A stretch of 64,000 nucleotides of DNA from Oscillospiraceae bacterium (GTDB lineage: Bacteria > Bacillota > Clostridia > Oscillospirales > Ruminococcaceae). A program made the position numbers and the translations under genes. The stretch is taken from NCBI GenBank assembly GCA_017438745.1, contig JAFRUS010000093.1:3794-67793 (forward strand). Direction: 5' to 3'. The notes beneath the pieces were generated by a model, which had not been told where the DNA came from, ran no database searches, and worked only from the letters and a program-made list of their open reading frames with translations. Every line of letters begins with the position of its first letter. The stretch's first letter is position 1. Positions 63,626-64,000 of the stretch are shown here, piece by piece.

Positions 63626-64000
63626 ATGTCATATTTAAACGGGCTGATCTCATTATGTGACAGCTTCGGATGCAGATATAAGAAAGATGAATCCTTAAAG
63701 GAACATACAACATTTAAAATAGGCGGAAAATGCAGCATTGCCGTATTTGTAAACGGTGAGGAATCACTTTCTGCAATAGTTGCCTATTGTCGTGAAAACA
63801 AAGTAAAATTTGCAGTTCTCGGCAACGGAAGCAACATCATAGCTGAAGATAAATTTTTTGACGGCGTGGTTATAATTATCGGAAATGACTTTTCAAAGAT
63901 AAACTACATAAAGGACGGCGTTATCGAATGTGAAGCAGGTCTCATGCTCACACGCCTTTGTGTAACTGCAAGAAATGAAGGATATACAGGCCTTGAATTT
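63626..64000 (+). CDS. murB: UDP-N-acetylenolpyruvoylglucosamine reductase (5' part; runs off the window)
   Basis: My own translation from ATG 63626: MSYLNGL...LKEHTTFKIGGKCSIAVFV...FAVLGNGSNII...GYTGLEF, which is the FAD-binding MurB N-terminus. There is no stop before the window end, so it is absent from the ORF track. Confidence 0.85.
   Translation, partial: MSYLNGLISLCDSFGCRYKKDESLKEHTTFKIGGKCSIAVFVNGEESLSAIVAYCRENKVKFAVLGNGSNIIAEDKFFDGVVIIIGNDFSKINYIKDGVIECEAGLMLTRLCVTARNEGYTGLEF

Noticed and set aside
1-64000. A search for CRISPR arrays, rRNA genes, IS elements with transposase genes, integrases and prophage structural genes.
   Set aside because: None were found. The only transposase-like sequence is the Rpn-family ORF at the window edge and a small C-terminal-like ORF at 54484-54675. 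The short repeats are MITE-like, with no coding capacity.

Overview
The window looks like a chromosomal segment of a Clostridia-class Firmicute. It is probably a cellulosome-producing Ruminococcus-like gut or rumen organism; this is inferred from a dockerin-bearing ORF and the gene content, and no database search was possible. Most of it is housekeeping. A six-gene minus-strand polyamine operon (speD, a SpeA-type decarboxylase, speE, speB, carboxy(nor)spermidine dehydrogenase and decarboxylase) is followed by an Mrp/ApbC ATPase, prmA, a parE/parC-like type IIA topoisomerase pair, glmS, a DEAD-box helicase, hprK, murB (partial) and a tRNA-Lys/tRNA-Arg operon. Envelope and regulatory modules lie in between: an ECF sigma/anti-sigma pair, two OmpR/HK two-component systems, a MATE pump, a MoxR-DUF58-transglutaminase trio, a DMT transporter, a VanY-like peptidase, a GT2/GT-C/GT2 glycosylation cluster with a C11 peptidase, and an ABC/ABC-2 module.

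Four things stand out.
1. An isolated, terminator-bounded two-gene cassette (28311-33895). It encodes a 1512-aa protein with a cold-shock-like segment, TPR-like repeats and an acidic-repeat tail. This gene is translationally coupled to a 348-aa protein that ends in a HEPN-type RNxxAH motif. I regard it as the best candidate for an undescribed defence- or toxin-like system.
2. A four-gene operon (10262-16292) with two tandem bacterial dynamin-like GTPases and two unknown partners.
3. A split HipA-like kinase module in an AT-rich islet (54987-56264). The kinase gene precedes a HipS-like gene that resembles the HipA N-terminal subdomain.
4. A modular intergenic repeat family of about 75-115 bp, with at least 9 clear copies plus fragments. 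It is built from GCGAAGC-type hairpins between GGAAAACRCTGATT inverted ends. Copies often sit in 5' UTRs just downstream of consensus promoters, and in three cases the element supplies the end of a coding sequence.

No CRISPR array, rRNA, IS element or prophage was seen. All functional calls rest on motif recognition by eye.
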